A DNA stretch of 63,656 nucleotides, filler included, from Globobulimina sp. (taxonomy: Eukaryota): NCBI GenBank assembly GCA_003354225.1. It is 32 parts of 32 records of this genome, joined end to end, with 100 filler letters (N's around TTAATTAATTAA, not from the genome) between each part and the next. Parts side by side here need not be neighbours in the genome. Positions count along the whole stretch, not along the records: positions 59,777 to 61,666 come from PIVH01010855.1; positions 61,767 to 63,656 come from PIVH01010856.1; 30 more parts are not named here. One strand, given 5' to 3'. Under the pieces are notes generated by a model. It was given only the letters and a program-made list of their open reading frames with translations, was not told the DNA's origin and did not search any database. A program made the position numbers and the translations under genes. Positions 60,052 through 63,656 of this stretch are shown here, piece by piece (within the stretch, counting starts at the first letter, position 1; every line of letters begins with the position of its first letter).

Positions 60052-61666
60052 ATGCTTTTATCATGTCGTTTTTACACGTTTCTAATTTTATTTCTACTCG
60101 AAACATCAACAGAATCCAATAGCTTATTACATTCATTTGAAATCATCACCAAAACTACAGTGGAAGATGTAAAAAACAACACTACTTTGATAGTGTTTTT
60201 ACGATTAAATTGGGGATCTTATTCATACGAATGCTACACATCAACACATACCAATGACAAATACAAATGTACCATAAACGAAGAAAGCACAGCAATCTGT
60301 GATTACAGCAACTATGTAAAAGCAAATGGATTATATTCAATCTCAATAACAATCTACGCAAACACAAATATATCATATGCATTAATGATCGATGAAATAA
60401 TAGTTAACCTAAATAACAATGCTTATTACTTAATTGATTCATTTTGCATCAATGATAATAATAACAATTTAAGCGCTATGGGCTATCAACAAATATATTC
60501 GACAAATTGTACCGATGTTAACTATGAAATTGAATACGAATATATTATAATTAACGAAAAACGATCAACATTAACTGTATACTTTATCGATGACATACAA
60601 TTATATACAAACTCAAATGAAGCGGGTTTTATTCAAAACATCGACACAAAAAATGAAAAAAATGTACCCAACATACACTGCAAAAACATCAAAATCGCTT
60701 CGTTTGGATTTACAGTGAATGACCAAGTATACAGTCATCACGACGACGATGTAATACTTACTCTGTATTGGTTTGATCAAATATTACAATGTACGTTCCC
60801 CGGCGTGGCCGTTGACGAACCAAATACAGAATTTCTATGCCATCCAAACAATATCACACTACTTAATACCAACAAAAACACTGAATATAAACTGAAGATT
60901 GAATACAATCATAAATGGTGGCTATTTATATCAAATATTATTATCATTGACCTATTTGGGAATCGCTATGATATAAATCATTTTTGTGGTGCAATACAGC
61001 TGAAATATGCCAAATTTTGGCAGATTACAAACAACGATGATTTATGCAATACATATAAGCTGCATAAATATCAATACATTGCAATGGATAACGACGAAAT
61101 ATTTTTGACGCAAATATATCTACATTTTGATGCATTTAATCAAAATATATTAAATACTGCAAACCAGACAATAATTGCACGAATATCCCTTCCCAAAATA
61201 GTTTCTTTCGGCATAGAAACGATTGTTGTTCCAAAATATATGGTTCATCTACGATTATATTGGGGGTCATATTTATATATTTGCTCATTAAATATTACAA
61301 CAGCAAACACTTTATATCTATGTGTAGTTGATGCAAATGACATAAATGTCATATCAAACTGCAGCGATCCAGTGATAAACAACCAAATTGAATCCACATT
61401 CGCGTTGACCATCGAATTAAATCCAACCAATCAACTTAAGATTGATTATATTTACATCGTTGATGAAGCAAATGCAACCTATCGAATGGAAGTATTTTGT
61501 CAACCATTAATGAGTGGTGATTCACCGTATTATCTTGCCAGATGTGCTGATTTTAATGAAGTATATAGATATTATGTATTATCGCTGCATCGTACAATAG
61601 CACCACAAAATAATACTAATTCTTTAGTATCCTTAGAGTTTGCACAGACTTTATTCGATGAGTACA
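60052..61666 (+). CDS. Secreted protein with three ~185-aa beta-rich repeats; 3' partial
   Basis: Signal-like N-terminus; LxLxW..xxC and Y.I..FC recur three times. Confidence 0.65.
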
Positions 61667-61912
61667 NNNNNNNNNNNNNNNNNNNNNNNNNNNNNNNNNN
61701 NNNNNNNNNNTTAATTAATTAANNNNNNNNNNNNNNNNNNNNNNNNNNNNNNNNNNNNNNNNNNNNTTAATTTGTAATCTTAATTTGGTTTTATTTAATT
61801 ATATGAATAAAAAATAAGTCTAATTAAAAGTAAGATTCTTGATTTCAAATTGTCAATAAACTAAAAAATTGTCGTCTATGAGGCGCCTCTCGAAGTACAA
61901 AACGTTTGAATC

Positions 61913-63430
61913 ATGTCAGTGTCTCAAAATGGAGAGTTAGAAAAAGATTTTGCATTCCTAATAGATTGCTTTCCAGATACGTATTTTTGCGATGGCGTAA
62001 CAGGTTTGCCTCAAGTAATTATGCCTGCGCATGCCGCTGGAACTGCAACAGCTGAAAATATCTCATTTCCTATTGGCGACAGTCTATTATCAAAAATAAA
62101 AAGAGTTAGTACCAATTCGAATTGCAATCCAATTGCGTTGAATGACAAACAATTTGTGTTGAAAGATTTCGCATTGGACTCAAGAAAATCCATTTTATTG
62201 CAAGATATACGCAAATCATTGATGCATTCTATTGATTATATCCTAGCAAAACCATTTACATTCGAGATTTATGAATTGAATTTGGAAAAAGATTGTGTTT
62301 TGCAGAATAAATATGACCACAAATATCACAATCCGCATCCACTTCAATTTGGTACATTGATTTTATTATTGTCATTTGACACATGTGGCAATTTTGTATT
62401 ATATCAAAATGAAACACAAAAGCAATTGATTCAAATTGAAGGCAAACATAAATGCCAATATATCTCATTTTATTGCAATACTAATTATGAAATACAATTG
62501 AAAAACTGCAGCAATCCAAATAAAAACACAATATTTGGAGTATTGACGTTTGAATTATTTATCAACGAAAGATTTTATAAAGACTTCAATAAAAATAATA
62601 GCGTAATTTTAAACAACTCGTACAATGAAAGGAAAATAATAAAAAAGAATAAAAATAAAATAAAAAAGGTAAAAGGTTTAAATTTGCATCCAAAATATGC
62701 GTGTGATAAATATTATGTTTCCATTGCAAAACTATATAAAATATTGCTGGCAGTCTGTGATAATATATTTAATGAAGTTATCTGTCAAATTATCGCCGAA
62801 TATTCGTCGCATGACATAATGAATACGATCGATACTGTGATAACCAAATATTTTATGAATACATCAACAATCTATAAATTGAAGACGGTGACTTTTAATC
62901 AAATGTGTGGTGACCCATATTTTGTAATTATTTTGGAACATAAATATTATGGAAGGGACATTATTCATCCATTATTGTTAAAAGGCAGAGATCTTTATAT
63001 TTATACTTTTTTTCAGAAATATATGTTTGTGTTCCTATCCGCAATCGATTTGATGTTTAACATTGGCATCCAATCCTACATTAAAGATGACAATGGGAAA
63101 AGAAATGAGAATGAGGAAAGTTGGCAGGTGCTGCAGAAATGGGATAAAAGTGATGATAAAACAAGCATAAATATTAAATTTGGCAATGAACTGGTTAAAA
63201 AACCAGATTTTGTGAATCAAATTAATGATTATAGCACGGCATATATTTTATTCATGAACGATAGAAATCGATATCAAACTTTGCAACCTTTGGGGTTAAA
63301 GGACATGCGATATTATGTGAGTGATCCTGGAAATTATCCAATTTATGATTCTTATCATGCCTTTGCACTGATAATGTCTCCTTTCTTCCCCACAAAGTCT
63401 ACCGATTTATTGAGTAAAATATATTATTAA
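61913..63430 (+). CDS. Degenerate 2OG-Fe(II) oxygenase-like protein
   Basis: QFGTLILLL..GNFVL, YISFY, LEHKY..LLKGRD; no clear HxD. Confidence 0.45.
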   Translation: MSVSQNGELEKDFAFLIDCFPDTYFCDGVTGLPQVIMPAHAAGTATAENISFPIGDSLLSKIKRVSTNSNCNPIALNDKQFVLKDFALDSRKSILLQDIRKSLMHSIDYILAKPFTFEIYELNLEKDCVLQNKYDHKYHNPHPLQFGTLILLLSFDTCGNFVLYQNETQKQLIQIEGKHKCQYISFYCNTNYEIQLKNCSNPNKNTIFGVLTFELFINERFYKDFNKNNSVILNNSYNERKIIKKNKNKIKKVKGLNLHPKYACDKYYVSIAKLYKILLAVCDNIFNEVICQIIAEYSSHDIMNTIDTVITKYFMNTSTIYKLKTVTFNQMCGDPYFVIILEHKYYGRDIIHPLLLKGRDLYIYTFFQKYMFVFLSAIDLMFNIGIQSYIKDDNGKRNENEESWQVLQKWDKSDDKTSINIKFGNELVKKPDFVNQINDYSTAYILFMNDRNRYQTLQPLGLKDMRYYVSDPGNYPIYDSYHAFALIMSPFFPTKSTDLLSKIYY

Positions 63431-63656
63431 TTTATTAAAGTGTACCGCTTTGTTATTTCTTATCAGTTTCAGGCAACTGGTTAATATCAGTGCAATACCA
63501 GTACATGTACAACTGATTGGAGTGCTTGCATCTCACAGTTGGTTGGTTGGTTAACGTCTCAGTTCACGTTGACAACAGAACGAAATGAAGGCAAAAAAAA
63601 ACAAATAAAGCATCTGATAAAAATCCTATGTGATATATGAGTTTATGTCAATATAA

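Overview
This window is not one locus. It is 32 unrelated contigs of about 1.89 kb, sorted by decreasing length (1894 to 1890 nt), each joined by an artificial 100-nt spacer (N44-TTAATTAATTAA-N44). Most contigs come from an AT-rich, gene-dense eukaryote with short GT-AG introns (about 40-80 nt). Gene content suggests a protist, possibly foraminifer/Rhizaria-like, but that is inference only. Recognisable genes include a DHX57/YLR419W-like helicase N-terminus, a GT60 Skp1-GlcNAc transferase, a class-III-derived ADH, syntaxin-6, Ras-like and Arf-like GTPases, D-lactate dehydrogenase, ABCC, an SR splicing factor, BiP, TTC7-like, GT64, cullin-4, a MAG-lipase-like hydrolase, ADPRM and a synapsin-like protein. 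There is also an RNase H-bearing LINE, a BEL/Pao gag, several foldback elements, and bacterial fragments fused onto eukaryotic contigs (likely amplification chimeras). The best candidate for something new is a spliced, signal-peptide-bearing YHS-family gene (2510-3319). It has an in-frame TGA at the conserved GG[YF]C cysteine and a GUGA/UGA SECIS-like hairpin downstream, so it is a probable eukaryotic secreted selenoprotein. Other notable items are a WH2-synapsin fusion with a LINE ending just before its ATG, a MATH + double-GLEBS + TM protein, a pseudokinase-VWA fusion, a Ras lacking G3, and an SR-gene poison exon. All family calls are from motif recognition by eye; no searches were run.
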